From Clostridia bacterium (lineage in GTDB: Bacteria > Bacillota > Clostridia > Oscillospirales > QAKW01): 64,000 nt of DNA. A model generated the notes under the pieces. That model was given only the letters and a program-made list of their open reading frames with translations, made no database searches and was not told the DNA's origin. How positions within the stretch are numbered: position 1 is the stretch's first letter; every line of letters begins with the position of its first letter. The translations under genes and the position numbers were made by a program. Below are positions 19,215 to 28,193 of the stretch, piece after piece. The DNA lies in assembly GCA_017436525.1 (NCBI GenBank), contig JAFSCX010000004.1, forward strand, positions 4,788 to 68,787, written 5' to 3'.

Positions 19215-21141
19215 AAAGAATATGCGCCCTCCCATGAAAGCCCCTAAGGGTACGCTGAAGCGGGTAATCACCTATCTTTTTAAGGATTATCCCCTTCATC
19301 TTTCGGTGGTGGTCGGCTGCCTTTTGTTTACTGCGGTAGCCAGCACCATGCCCGCCATCTTTATGGGCCGAACCGTAAGTATTATTGAAAAAGCCTTGGC
19401 AAGAATCCAAGGCGGCGCGGCCCCTGCTGCTGCATTGGAGGAGGTCTTTAGCGGAATCCTCGCCATTAGCGTAACCCTTCTTTGCATTTATGCAGTGTCC
19501 TTAACCTGCTCTTTCACCTATAATCGCTTAATGGCGATTGTAACCCAAGGCTTTTTGCATAAGATGCGCAAGCGGATGTTTGAAGGGATGCAAAAGCTTC
19601 CGATCCGCTATTTCGATCAGAATCATACCGGTGATATCATGAGCTATTATACCAATGATATCGATACCCTTCGCCAGTTGATCTCTCAGAGTATGCCGAA
19701 TGTAATCAATGCGGTGATCGTTGTGGTGATGGTGGTCTCCATTATGCTCTATTATAGCATTTGGATGACGATTGTCGTCTTTTTAGGCGTGATTGCCATG
19801 TTCCTTGTTACCAGAAAGGTGGGCGGCAACAGCGCAAAGTTCTTTATCCGTCAGCAGCAGTCTGTGGGTAAGATGGAGGGCTTTGTGGAGGAGATTATGA
19901 ACGGCCAGAAGGTGGTGCAGGTCTTCTGCCATGAAGAGGAGAGCAAAAAGGATTTTGATGAGCTGAATGAGAAGCTTTTCAAGGATGCGGAAAGCGCCAA
20001 TCGCTTTGCCAATATGCTGATGCCGATCTTGGGCAATATCGGCAATGTGCTTTATGTGGCGGTGGCTATTTTGGGCGGCGCGCTGCTGATTATGAAGGTG
20101 CCGAATTTCTCCTTATCCGGTTTGCCGCTCTCTTTGGCGGTCGTGGTTCCATTCTTGAATATGACCAAGCAATTCACCGGCAATGTATCGCAGATTTCTC
20201 AGCAGGTCAATGCAGTGGTGATGGCGCAGGCAGGCGCCGCGCGGCTCTTTGCCCTGATGGACCAGATTCCCGAGACGGATGAGGGCTATGTAACCCTCGT
20301 AAACTGCCGCGAAGAGGCGGGGAAGATTGTAGAGTGTAAAGAGCGGACCGGTATGTGGGCATGGAAGCATCCCCATCAGGCCGATGGCTCGGTTACCTAT
20401 ACCAAGCTTGCGGGGGATGTGGTGCTGGATCATGTAGATTTCGGATATGTGCCTGAGAAGATTGTCCTTCATGATATCAGCCTTTATGCTGAGCCCGGTC
20501 AGAAGGTGGCGTTTGTGGGCGCGACAGGCGCAGGCAAGACTACCATTACCAATCTGATTAACCGTTTTTATGACATTGCGGACGGTAAAATCCGCTACGA
20601 TGGGATCAATATCAATAAGATCAAAAAAGCCGATCTGCGCCGTTCTTTAGGGGTTGTATTGCAGGATACCAATCTCTTTACGGGGACGGTAATGGAGAAT
20701 ATCCGCTATGGTAAATTAGACGCTACCGATGAAGAGTGTATGGAAGCGGCGCGGCTTGCCAATGCGGATGATTTCATCCGCCGCCTGCCCGACGGTTATC
20801 AGACGATGCTGACAGCGAATGGCTCTAATCTTTCCCAAGGCCAGCGTCAGCTGCTCTCCATTGCCCGCGCTGCAGTGGCAGATCCCCCTGTGATGATCAT
20901 GGATGAGGCCACCTCCTCCATTGATACCCGTACCGAGCGCTTGGTGCAGGAGGGAATGGATCGCCTGATGAAGGGGCGCACCGTATTTATCATTGCGCAC
21001 CGCCTCTCTACCGTGCAAAATTCCGATGTGATCATGGTATTGGAGCAAGGGCGAATTATTGAGCGCGGCAACCATGAAAAGCTGATTGCTGAAAAAGGAA
21101 AATACTATCAGCTTTATACCGGCGCTTTTGAATTAGAATAA
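19207..21141 (+). CDS. ABC exporter, fused permease/ATPase (partner subunit)
   Basis: Walker A GATGAGKTT, signature LSQGQRQLLSIARA, Walker B VMIMDEATSSID. ATG 19207 overlaps the upstream stop. Confidence 0.9.
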   Translation: MSKKNMRPPMKAPKGTLKRVITYLFKDYPLHLSVVVGCLLFTAVASTMPAIFMGRTVSIIEKALARIQGGAAPAAALEEVFSGILAISVTLLCIYAVSLTCSFTYNRLMAIVTQGFLHKMRKRMFEGMQKLPIRYFDQNHTGDIMSYYTNDIDTLRQLISQSMPNVINAVIVVVMVVSIMLYYSIWMTIVVFLGVIAMFLVTRKVGGNSAKFFIRQQQSVGKMEGFVEEIMNGQKVVQVFCHEEESKKDFDELNEKLFKDAESANRFANMLMPILGNIGNVLYVAVAILGGALLIMKVPNFSLSGLPLSLAVVVPFLNMTKQFTGNVSQISQQVNAVVMAQAGAARLFALMDQIPETDEGYVTLVNCREEAGKIVECKERTGMWAWKHPHQADGSVTYTKLAGDVVLDHVDFGYVPEKIVLHDISLYAEPGQKVAFVGATGAGKTTITNLINRFYDIADGKIRYDGININKIKKADLRRSLGVVLQDTNLFTGTVMENIRYGKLDATDEECMEAARLANADDFIRRLPDGYQTMLTANGSNLSQGQRQLLSIARAAVADPPVMIMDEATSSIDTRTERLVQEGMDRLMKGRTVFIIAHRLSTVQNSDVIMVLEQGRIIERGNHEKLIAEKGKYYQLYTGAFELE

Positions 21142-21149
21142 GAATAAGA

Positions 21150-21417
21150 AATTCCCCTCTCTATTTTGGCAATGTTCTTAATGAACATTGCCAAAAAGTT
21201 TTATTCGCCTTGCGGCGAGTTTTATTGCTTCGCAGTGGTATTCGGCTTAATGCCGAGTGTTATTCGCTTCGCGAGTTTTGGCGGCGAATAAAATATCACT
21301 AAAACCGTAGGTTTTAATATCACTTTCTTTTGGGAATAGCTCGCCAAAGGCGAGGAATTTTCAAAAGAAAATATCACTCCGACAAAGTCGGAATACCACT
21401 TTAAAGAGAGGGGAATT
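21150..21417. repeat. Inverted-repeat-bounded intergenic hairpin cluster (MITE-like or structured element)
   Basis: Perfect 13-nt terminal inverted repeat AATTCCCCTCTCT (21150-21162) / AGAGAGGGGAATT (21405-21417). Inside are a terminator-like hairpin (21165-21198), four TTATTCG-type mini-hairpins, and AATATCACT x3 plus AATACCACT each followed by a short hairpin. Confidence 0.6.
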
Positions 21418-21481
21418 GACTTTATGGGAAAGATTTAATAAAATAGAGAGTGAAATAAATGGCGAAAAGAGGTGAGCAACC

Positions 21482-23272
21482 ATGGAAACTGCAAAATATC
21501 CGTTACCAATGACCAAAAGGGAATTAGAAGAGAGAGGGATCGGCCGGCCTGATTTTATCCTTGTAAGCGGAGATGCCTATATTGACCACCCCTCTTTCGG
21601 CACAGCCATTATCGGCCGAATTTTAGAGCGGGCGGGCTTTTCTGTGGCGGTAATTGCCCAGCCTAATTGGAAGAGCTTGGATGATTTTACCGCATTGGGC
21701 GAGCCCCGTCTTGGCTTTTTAGTCAACGCAGGCAATGTGGATTCCATGGTCGCGAATTATACAGTAGCTAAGCGTAAGCGGGATTATGATTATTATTCTC
21801 CCGGCGGAAAAGCGGGGCGCCGCCCCGATCGGGCAGTCATTGTCTACTGCCAAAAGATCAGAGAAGCCTATGGGGATATTCCGATTGTCATCGGCGGAAT
21901 TGAGGCCTCCTTGCGGCGGTTTGCCCATTATGATTATTGGCAGGGAAAGATCCGCCGAAGCATCCTTGTGGATAGCGGCGCCGATCTTCTCAGCTACGGC
22001 ATGGGAGAGCGCTCCCTTTTGCGGATTGCAGAGCTTTTGGATCGGGGAATTCCCGTCCGCAAGATTCGGGACGTGGCCGGTACGGTGATTTTCGCTGAAT
22101 CGGAATATAAGCCCAAAGGGGCTTATATTGCACTGCCTTCTTATCATAAAGTGGCGGCAGATAAAGAAAAATATGCCGCATCCTTTAAGATGCAATATCA
22201 GAATTGTGATGCAGTGGGCGGCAAAATTCTGGTAGAGGCTTATGATGAAGGGATTTTGGTCCAAAATCCCCCTTCTGCTCCCTTAACCACCAAAGAATTG
22301 GATGATCTTGCCTCCATTCCCTATACCCGCAAAGCCCATCCGATTTATGGAAAGGATGGGATTCCCGCCTTGGAGGAGGTGGAATTTTCCATCACTCATA
22401 ATCGCGGCTGCTTCGGTGGGTGTGCCTTTTGCGCCATTGCCTATCATCAGGGCAGAGCCGTAACCTCTCGGAGTATGGAATCGGTCCTTGAAGAAGTAGA
22501 ATATCTGACTACTCTGCCCGATTTTAAGGGCTATATCCATGATATCGGCGGCCCTACCGCCAATTTTCGCCAAGGGCCGTGTAAAGCGGTAGCGGAAGGG
22601 AAAAAGGGAGTCTGCGCCAATCGCAGATGCCTCACCCCCACGCCCTGCCCCAATCTTTTGGTGGATCATAGCGAATATATCGAGCTGCTCAGACGTGCTG
22701 CGGCAGTGAAGGGTGTGAAAAAGGTATTTGTACGCTCCGGAATCCGCCATGATTATGTGATGGCCGATAAAGCCCATGGCGGCCGCTTTATCGAAGCGCT
22801 TGCCAAGCGCCATGTATCGGGCCAGCTGCGGGCAGCTCCCGAGCATATCTGCCCGGAGGTCCTTCATTTTATGGGCAAGCCCTCTTATGAAGTGTATCAA
22901 CGCTTTGTAGAGCGGTTTGATGCGGCCAGTAAAAAAGCAGGGCTGGAGCAGTATGTTGTGCCGTATCTGATGTCTTCTCATCCCGGCTCCACCATGCAAA
23001 GCGCTGAAAAGATGGCGCGCTATATGCAGCAGCATAAGCTGAAAAGCGATCAGGTGCAGGATTTTTATCCCACCCCCGGCACTGCGGCGACAGTGATGTA
23101 TTGGTCCGGGCTGGATCCCTTCACCGGCAAAAAGGTCTATGTGGCTACCTCTCCCGAGGAGAAAAAAGCCCAAAGAGCCCTTCTTGGCAAGCCTGCTATG
23201 GCGATGAAGAAAAAAAGCGTCCCCGTAAAGCCGCGCAGAAAGGGAGCAAATGCCAAAAGAAAGCGAAAATAA
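21482..23272 (+). CDS. YgiQ-family radical SAM protein (UPF0313)
   Basis: 596 aa with radical SAM triad CFGGCAFC, a YgiQ-like N-terminal domain (DFILVSGDAYIDHPSFG), and a Lys/Arg-rich tail. Confidence 0.85.
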   Translation: METAKYPLPMTKRELEERGIGRPDFILVSGDAYIDHPSFGTAIIGRILERAGFSVAVIAQPNWKSLDDFTALGEPRLGFLVNAGNVDSMVANYTVAKRKRDYDYYSPGGKAGRRPDRAVIVYCQKIREAYGDIPIVIGGIEASLRRFAHYDYWQGKIRRSILVDSGADLLSYGMGERSLLRIAELLDRGIPVRKIRDVAGTVIFAESEYKPKGAYIALPSYHKVAADKEKYAASFKMQYQNCDAVGGKILVEAYDEGILVQNPPSAPLTTKELDDLASIPYTRKAHPIYGKDGIPALEEVEFSITHNRGCFGGCAFCAIAYHQGRAVTSRSMESVLEEVEYLTTLPDFKGYIHDIGGPTANFRQGPCKAVAEGKKGVCANRRCLTPTPCPNLLVDHSEYIELLRRAAAVKGVKKVFVRSGIRHDYVMADKAHGGRFIEALAKRHVSGQLRAAPEHICPEVLHFMGKPSYEVYQRFVERFDAASKKAGLEQYVVPYLMSSHPGSTMQSAEKMARYMQQHKLKSDQVQDFYPTPGTAATVMYWSGLDPFTGKKVYVATSPEEKKAQRALLGKPAMAMKKKSVPVKPRRKGANAKRKRK

Positions 23273-23336
23273 CCTTGACTCAACGAGGAAAAATGGATAT
23301 TATATAATATGAATATTATATATTCGGAGGAAATGT

Positions 23337-24059
23337 ATGCTTGAGTTAAAAAATGTATCCTTTGCGGTGGATAATGAAGACGGCCGCAAAGAGATTCTTA
23401 AAGATATCAATCTCACCATTAATGAGCGATTTGTGGCCATCACAGGCCCCAATGGCGGCGGAAAGAGCACCCTTGCCAAAATTATCGCAGGAATCTATCA
23501 GCCCACATCCGGAAAAATTTATCTGGATGGAGAGGATATTACCGATTTTTCCATTACCGAGCGGGCAAGAAAGGGCATCAGCTTTGCCTTTCAGCAGCCG
23601 GTACGCTTCAAGGGGATCACGGTTAAGGATCTTCTCACCCTTGCGGCAGGCAAGTCCTTGAATGTGGGAGAAGCCTGCGCCTATCTTTCGGAGGTGGGGC
23701 TTTGCGCAAGAGATTATGTAAACCGCGAAGTCAACGCCAGCCTTTCCGGCGGTGAGCTGAAAAGAATTGAAATTGCAACGGTCCTTGCCAGAAAGACCAA
23801 GATCTCGGTTTTTGATGAGCCGGAGGCAGGAATTGATCTTTGGAGCTTTGGGAATCTGATCGCTGTCTTTGAAAAGATGCATGAGACATTGGGCGGCTCT
23901 ATTTTGATCATCTCCCATCAGGAGCGGATCCTAAATATTGCCGATAAGATCGTGGTTGTGGCAGACGGAACGATCCGTGCAGTGGGCAGTAAGGATGAAA
24001 TTTTGCCCACCCTTTTGCAAGGCGAGAGCCCTTGCAAGGTATTGACTGAAAAATTATAA
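23337..24059 (+). CDS. sufC: SufC-like Fe-S cluster assembly ATPase
   Basis: Walker A GPNGGGKSTL, signature LSGGELKRIEIA, Walker B VFDEPEAGID. Followed by a SufB/D-family gene. Confidence 0.75.
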   Translation: MLELKNVSFAVDNEDGRKEILKDINLTINERFVAITGPNGGGKSTLAKIIAGIYQPTSGKIYLDGEDITDFSITERARKGISFAFQQPVRFKGITVKDLLTLAAGKSLNVGEACAYLSEVGLCARDYVNREVNASLSGGELKRIEIATVLARKTKISVFDEPEAGIDLWSFGNLIAVFEKMHETLGGSILIISHQERILNIADKIVVVADGTIRAVGSKDEILPTLLQGESPCKVLTEKL

Positions 24060-24069
24060 GAGGTAGAAA

Positions 24070-24987
24070 ATGGATCAAATTCAAAAGACGTTATTAGAGC
24101 AGGTGGCGGATCTCCATGAGATCCCCGATGGGGCCTATAATATCCGCGCCAATGGTGCGGGAGCAGGCCGCAGTACTACTGCCAATATTGATATTGTTAC
24201 AAAAGAAGATTCCGATGGAATCGATATTATTATTAAGCCCTTCACCAAGAAGGAGAGCGTTCATATCCCTGTAATCATTAGTGAGACAGGGATTCAGGAT
24301 CTGGTATATAATGATTTTTATATCGGCGAAGGCGCGGATGTAACGATTGTGGCCGGTTGCGGCATCCATAATGGGGGCGATAGCGAAAGCCGCCATGATG
24401 GAATTCATACCTTCCATGTGGGCAAAAATGCCCGTGTGCGCTATGTGGAGAAGCATTACGGCCAAGGCGATGGCAATGGTCAAAATATCATGAACCCCAC
24501 CACCATCATCGAGGTGGAGGAAGGGGGCTATCTTGAGATGGAGACCGTGCAGATCAAGGGCGTGGATTCCACCAAGCGGGTTACCAAAGCCCGCCTTGAT
24601 GCGGAGGCAACCCTGATCATTAAGGAAAAGATTATGACCCACGGCCGCCAATATGCGGAGACCGATTTTACCGTCGATATGGATGGAGAGGGCTGCCATG
24701 CCAATCTGATTTCCCGCTCGGTGGCAAAGGAATATTCCAAGCAGATCTTCCGCTCCAATATTCGGGGCAATAATGCCTGCACCGGCCATTCCGAGTGTGA
24801 TGCCATTATTATGGATCAAGCGGTGGTTGCGGCCATTCCCGAGATTACTGCGGCTCATTTGGATGCCAGCTTGATTCATGAAGCGGCCATCGGCAAGATT
24901 GCAGGGGAGCAGCTGACCAAGCTGATGACCCTCGGCCTTTCCGAGCAGGAGGCCGAGGAGCAGATTGTAAACGGGTTCTTGAAATGA
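24070..24987 (+). CDS. SufB/SufD-family Fe-S assembly protein (short form)
   Basis: 305 aa. The C-terminal region ...DASLIHEAAIGKIAGEQLTKLMTLGLSEQEAEEQIVNGFL is typical of the SufBD beta-helix family. Confidence 0.75.
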   Translation: MDQIQKTLLEQVADLHEIPDGAYNIRANGAGAGRSTTANIDIVTKEDSDGIDIIIKPFTKKESVHIPVIISETGIQDLVYNDFYIGEGADVTIVAGCGIHNGGDSESRHDGIHTFHVGKNARVRYVEKHYGQGDGNGQNIMNPTTIIEVEEGGYLEMETVQIKGVDSTKRVTKARLDAEATLIIKEKIMTHGRQYAETDFTVDMDGEGCHANLISRSVAKEYSKQIFRSNIRGNNACTGHSECDAIIMDQAVVAAIPEITAAHLDASLIHEAAIGKIAGEQLTKLMTLGLSEQEAEEQIVNGFLK

Positions 24988-25436
24988 TCGATACCACTCT
25001 TTGCCATTTAGAGCAGAATGATTGCTATTTGATGCTCCATCGTATCAAAAAGGAAAAGGACGTCAATAAAGATAAATGGATCGGTGTGGGCGGAAAGTTC
25101 TTAGAAGGGGAAAGCCCCGAGGAATGTGCCCGCCGAGAAATTTTGGAGGAGACGGGGCTGATTGTAGATCAATTGGAATACCGCGGAATTGTCGATTTCC
25201 ATTGCATCGGCTGGCCCGATGAGCGGATGCACCTTTTTTGGAGTAATTCCTGGAGCGGGCAGCTGAAGGAATGTGATGAGGGGGCATTGGAATGGGTGGA
25301 AAAATCGCGAATGGGCGATCTTCCTCAATGGGAAGGAGATAAAATCTTCTTAAAACTTTTAGAAGAGCGTGCCCCTTTCTTTCATTTAGAACTTTTCTAT
25401 GAGGGAGACCGTCTTGTGGAATGGAAAATGCTGTAG
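24984..25436 (+). CDS. NUDIX hydrolase (MutT/8-oxo-dGTPase-like)
   Basis: Nudix box GGKFLEGESPEECARREILEETG. Confidence 0.85.
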   Translation: MIDTTLCHLEQNDCYLMLHRIKKEKDVNKDKWIGVGGKFLEGESPEECARREILEETGLIVDQLEYRGIVDFHCIGWPDERMHLFWSNSWSGQLKECDEGALEWVEKSRMGDLPQWEGDKIFLKLLEERAPFFHLELFYEGDRLVEWKML

Positions 25437-25465
25437 AGTGTAATTTTACACCGTAATATGTGTAA

Positions 25466-25505
25466 AGAAAAGCCTTGAAAATGCTTGCATTTTCAAGGCT
25501 TTTCT
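25466..25505. terminator. Bidirectional terminator (NUDIX gene / lysA)
   Basis: AGCCTTGAAAATG / CATTTTCAAGGCT stem flanked by A- and T-runs. Confidence 0.8.
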
Positions 25506-25540
25506 ATTGATTGGGGATTTTTTTGCTGAAAGGGAATCTC

Positions 25541-26839
25541 TTAGAGATCATTCTGCATGACATCCTCGATGGTCTCTCTTTTTACAACCAATCGATGGGT
25601 TCCGCCCTTCAGCATGACAATCGGAAGCCGAGGGATTCGATTATAATTGGAAGCCATGGAGAAATTATAAGCGCCGGTAGTCAATACCGCAATCGGATCT
25701 CCGCGCTTAAGAGAGGCAGGAAGGGTGATATTTTCTTGAATAATATCGCCGCTTTCGCAGCACCGCCCGACCAAGGAGCAGGGGAAATCACATTCTTCCT
25801 TCATGCGATCGGGGGCTACTACCGTATATTCAGAGCCATAGAGGGCATAGCGGGGATTATCGCTCATGCCGCCGTCTACAGAAATATAGTTTTTATAGCC
25901 GGGGATCTTTTTGATGGTGCCGATGGTATAAAGGGTCATTCCCGAATCCGCCACAATGCTGCGGCCCGGCTCCAGCCGAATGGCGGGCATCGGCAGATCC
26001 AATGCTGCCGCTTGGCTCTTGACCGCTTTTGCGACTTCTGCAATGTTGGCAGCAATATCCAGCTCAGGATCGGTTTCCAAATAGCGCACTCCATAGCCGC
26101 CGCCAAGATCCAGCTCCTTTGCAGTATATCCGTATTTTTCGCGGATTTTGCCGATAAATTCCATCATGATCTCGGAGGAGCGAATAAAGGTATCGGAATC
26201 GAATACCTGAGAGCCCACATGGCAATGGAAGCCCCGCAGATCAATATGGGAGAGGGAGAGCGCAAGGGCGGTAATGGCTTCGGCCTGACCGGTCTCGATG
26301 GCAGAGCCGAATTTGGAATCTACTTTACCGGTATTGACCGCCTCATAAGTATGGGTATCAATGCCGGGGGTCAGCCGCAGAAGGATCTTTTGGGAATGAT
26401 TCTTTTTTGCGGCAATATCCTCAATGGCATAAAGCTCATCCTCATTGTCGACGACAAAGTAGCCCACGCCCTTTTCAATGGCATAAGCAATATCTGCATC
26501 GGTTTTATTATTGCTATGGAAATAGGCCTGCTCCAAGGGGAAGCCTGCTTCATGGGCGGTAATGATTTCTCCGCAGGAGACAACATCAATGCCCATTTGC
26601 TCTTCCTTCATGATGCGGTAGATCTCCTTGAAGGAGGCCGCCTTGCTGGCATAAAGAGGCAGAGCATCCTGCCCGAAATATTCTTTCATTGCCTCCCGAT
26701 AGGTGCGGCAACGCTCGCGAATGAGATCCTCATCCATCAAATAAAGAGGAGAGCCGTATGTTCTTAAAAGAGAGACGGTATCCTGCCCTGCAAACAGGAG
26801 GATACCGCGCTCGTCAACAGTAAGGTTTTTACAAATCAT
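25541..26839 (-). CDS. lysA: Diaminopimelate decarboxylase
   Basis: 432 aa with fold-type III PLP decarboxylase features (YASKA PLP-lysine region, GGGYG, CESGD). Last gene of the dap/lys operon. Confidence 0.9.
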   Translation of the reverse strand: MICKNLTVDERGILLFAGQDTVSLLRTYGSPLYLMDEDLIRERCRTYREAMKEYFGQDALPLYASKAASFKEIYRIMKEEQMGIDVVSCGEIITAHEAGFPLEQAYFHSNNKTDADIAYAIEKGVGYFVVDNEDELYAIEDIAAKKNHSQKILLRLTPGIDTHTYEAVNTGKVDSKFGSAIETGQAEAITALALSLSHIDLRGFHCHVGSQVFDSDTFIRSSEIMMEFIGKIREKYGYTAKELDLGGGYGVRYLETDPELDIAANIAEVAKAVKSQAAALDLPMPAIRLEPGRSIVADSGMTLYTIGTIKKIPGYKNYISVDGGMSDNPRYALYGSEYTVVAPDRMKEECDFPCSLVGRCCESGDIIQENITLPASLKRGDPIAVLTTGAYNFSMASNYNRIPRLPIVMLKGGTHRLVVKRETIEDVMQNDL

Positions 26840-26844
26840 ATTTA

Positions 26845-28170
26845 TTATTGTCCTTTACGGGGATCAAATGCGTTATAAAGGGCGTTCATGGCAGGCAGAT
26901 AATCCTCTGCGCTGATGCCCACAATGATATTCAGCTCGCTGGAGCCCTGATCGATCATGCGGATATTGATTTTCTCTTTGGCCAAAGTATCAAAAACCTT
27001 AGCGGCCACACCGGGAGAGCTGATCATACCGCGGCCAACCACTGCCAGCAGCGCCAAATTATCATATACGCGAATGGTATCGGGGCGCACCGACCGCATC
27101 AGATCGGCGACCACCAGATCCTTCTTGCCTTCCAGCTCCTTATTGCTCAGCACAACGGTGATGGTGTCGATACCGGAGGGGAGATGCTCAAAATTGATGC
27201 CTCTGCGCTCGATGGTTTCCAAAACTCTGCGGCCGTAGCCCAGCTCAGAGTTCATCATATCCCGCTCGATATAGATGGCAGTAAAGCCCGTCTTTCCGGC
27301 AATGCCGGTTACGACGCGATCTCCGCTCATGCCGTCTGCATGGGGGACAATCATCGTGCCGATATCTTCCGGCGCGTTGGTATTGCGGATATTGATGGGG
27401 ATTCCGCTGCGGCGCACGGGGAATACCGCATCTTCATGGAGCACCGTTGCGCCCATGTATGAAAGCTCTCTGAGCTCGCGATAGGTAATGATATCGATGG
27501 GAGCAGGGTTCTCAACAATGCGGGGATCTGCCATCAGCATACCGGAAACATCGGTCCAGTTTTCATAGAGATCTGCTTCCAATGCCTCTGCCAAAATGGA
27601 GCCGGTGATATCCGAGCCGCCGCGGGAGAAGGTCTTGATCGATCCATCGGGCATAGCACCATAAAAACCGGGTACTACAGCCCGAGGCACCATGGCCAAA
27701 AGATTCTCCAATACGGTATTGGTCTTATGGCTATCCAGCTTTCCGTCTTTGGTAAAGAAGATGCAGCGCTCTGCATCGATAAATTCTACTCCCAGATAAT
27801 CTGCAAGGATCATGGAATTGAAATATTCGCCGCGGCTTGCTACGTAATCAACAGTTGCCCCTGCTCCGATGGCTTCATATACCGTATTGAGCTCTTCTTC
27901 GATGGAAAGGGAGAGCCCTAAATCCTGAATGATCCCGCGGAAACGATTGGCGATCAGCTCAAAGGTCTCCTTAAAGGGATTGCGATCGGTAGCGAGGGCA
28001 TGGCAACGAAGCAAAAGATCGGTTACCTTCTCATCCTCATAATGGCGCTTACCGGGCGCACTTGCGACCACATAGCGGCGCTCAGGCTCTGCATTGATAA
28101 TGGCGGCCACTTTGCGGAATTGATCCGCATCAGCAAGGGAGCTGCCGCCAAACTTTACTACTTTCAACAT
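26845..28170 (-). CDS. Aspartate kinase
   Basis: N-terminus MLKVVKFGGSSLAD, C-terminal ACT-like repeats. Located within the lysine biosynthesis operon. Confidence 0.9.
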   Translation of the reverse strand: MLKVVKFGGSSLADADQFRKVAAIINAEPERRYVVASAPGKRHYEDEKVTDLLLRCHALATDRNPFKETFELIANRFRGIIQDLGLSLSIEEELNTVYEAIGAGATVDYVASRGEYFNSMILADYLGVEFIDAERCIFFTKDGKLDSHKTNTVLENLLAMVPRAVVPGFYGAMPDGSIKTFSRGGSDITGSILAEALEADLYENWTDVSGMLMADPRIVENPAPIDIITYRELRELSYMGATVLHEDAVFPVRRSGIPINIRNTNAPEDIGTMIVPHADGMSGDRVVTGIAGKTGFTAIYIERDMMNSELGYGRRVLETIERRGINFEHLPSGIDTITVVLSNKELEGKKDLVVADLMRSVRPDTIRVYDNLALLAVVGRGMISSPGVAAKVFDTLAKEKINIRMIDQGSSELNIIVGISAEDYLPAMNALYNAFDPRKGQ

Positions 28171-28193
28171 AACAATTCTAATCCTCGTCTAAC

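Noticed and set aside
21292-21400. Possible CRISPR-like array, considered because of the reiterated AATATCACT 9-mer.
   Set aside because: The repeats are only 9 nt, the spacing is irregular (24, 54 and 22 nt), there are only four copies, and no cas genes are present. This is not a CRISPR array.
25511-26767. Long antisense ORFs opposite well-recognised genes. Examples are 25511-26767 versus lysA, 41109-42389 versus atpD, 38947-40089 versus atpA, 7804-8838 and 6862-7752 versus pnp, 22283-23173 versus ygiQ, 24094-24879 versus sufBD, 46585-47394 versus HTH-PfkB, and 59438-60040 versus rpsB.
   Set aside because: The opposite strand encodes proteins with unmistakable conserved motifs. The antisense translations are low-complexity (Gly/Ala/Ile/His-rich) with no recognisable domains or RBS. 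This is typical of shadow ORFs in moderately GC-rich coding DNA.
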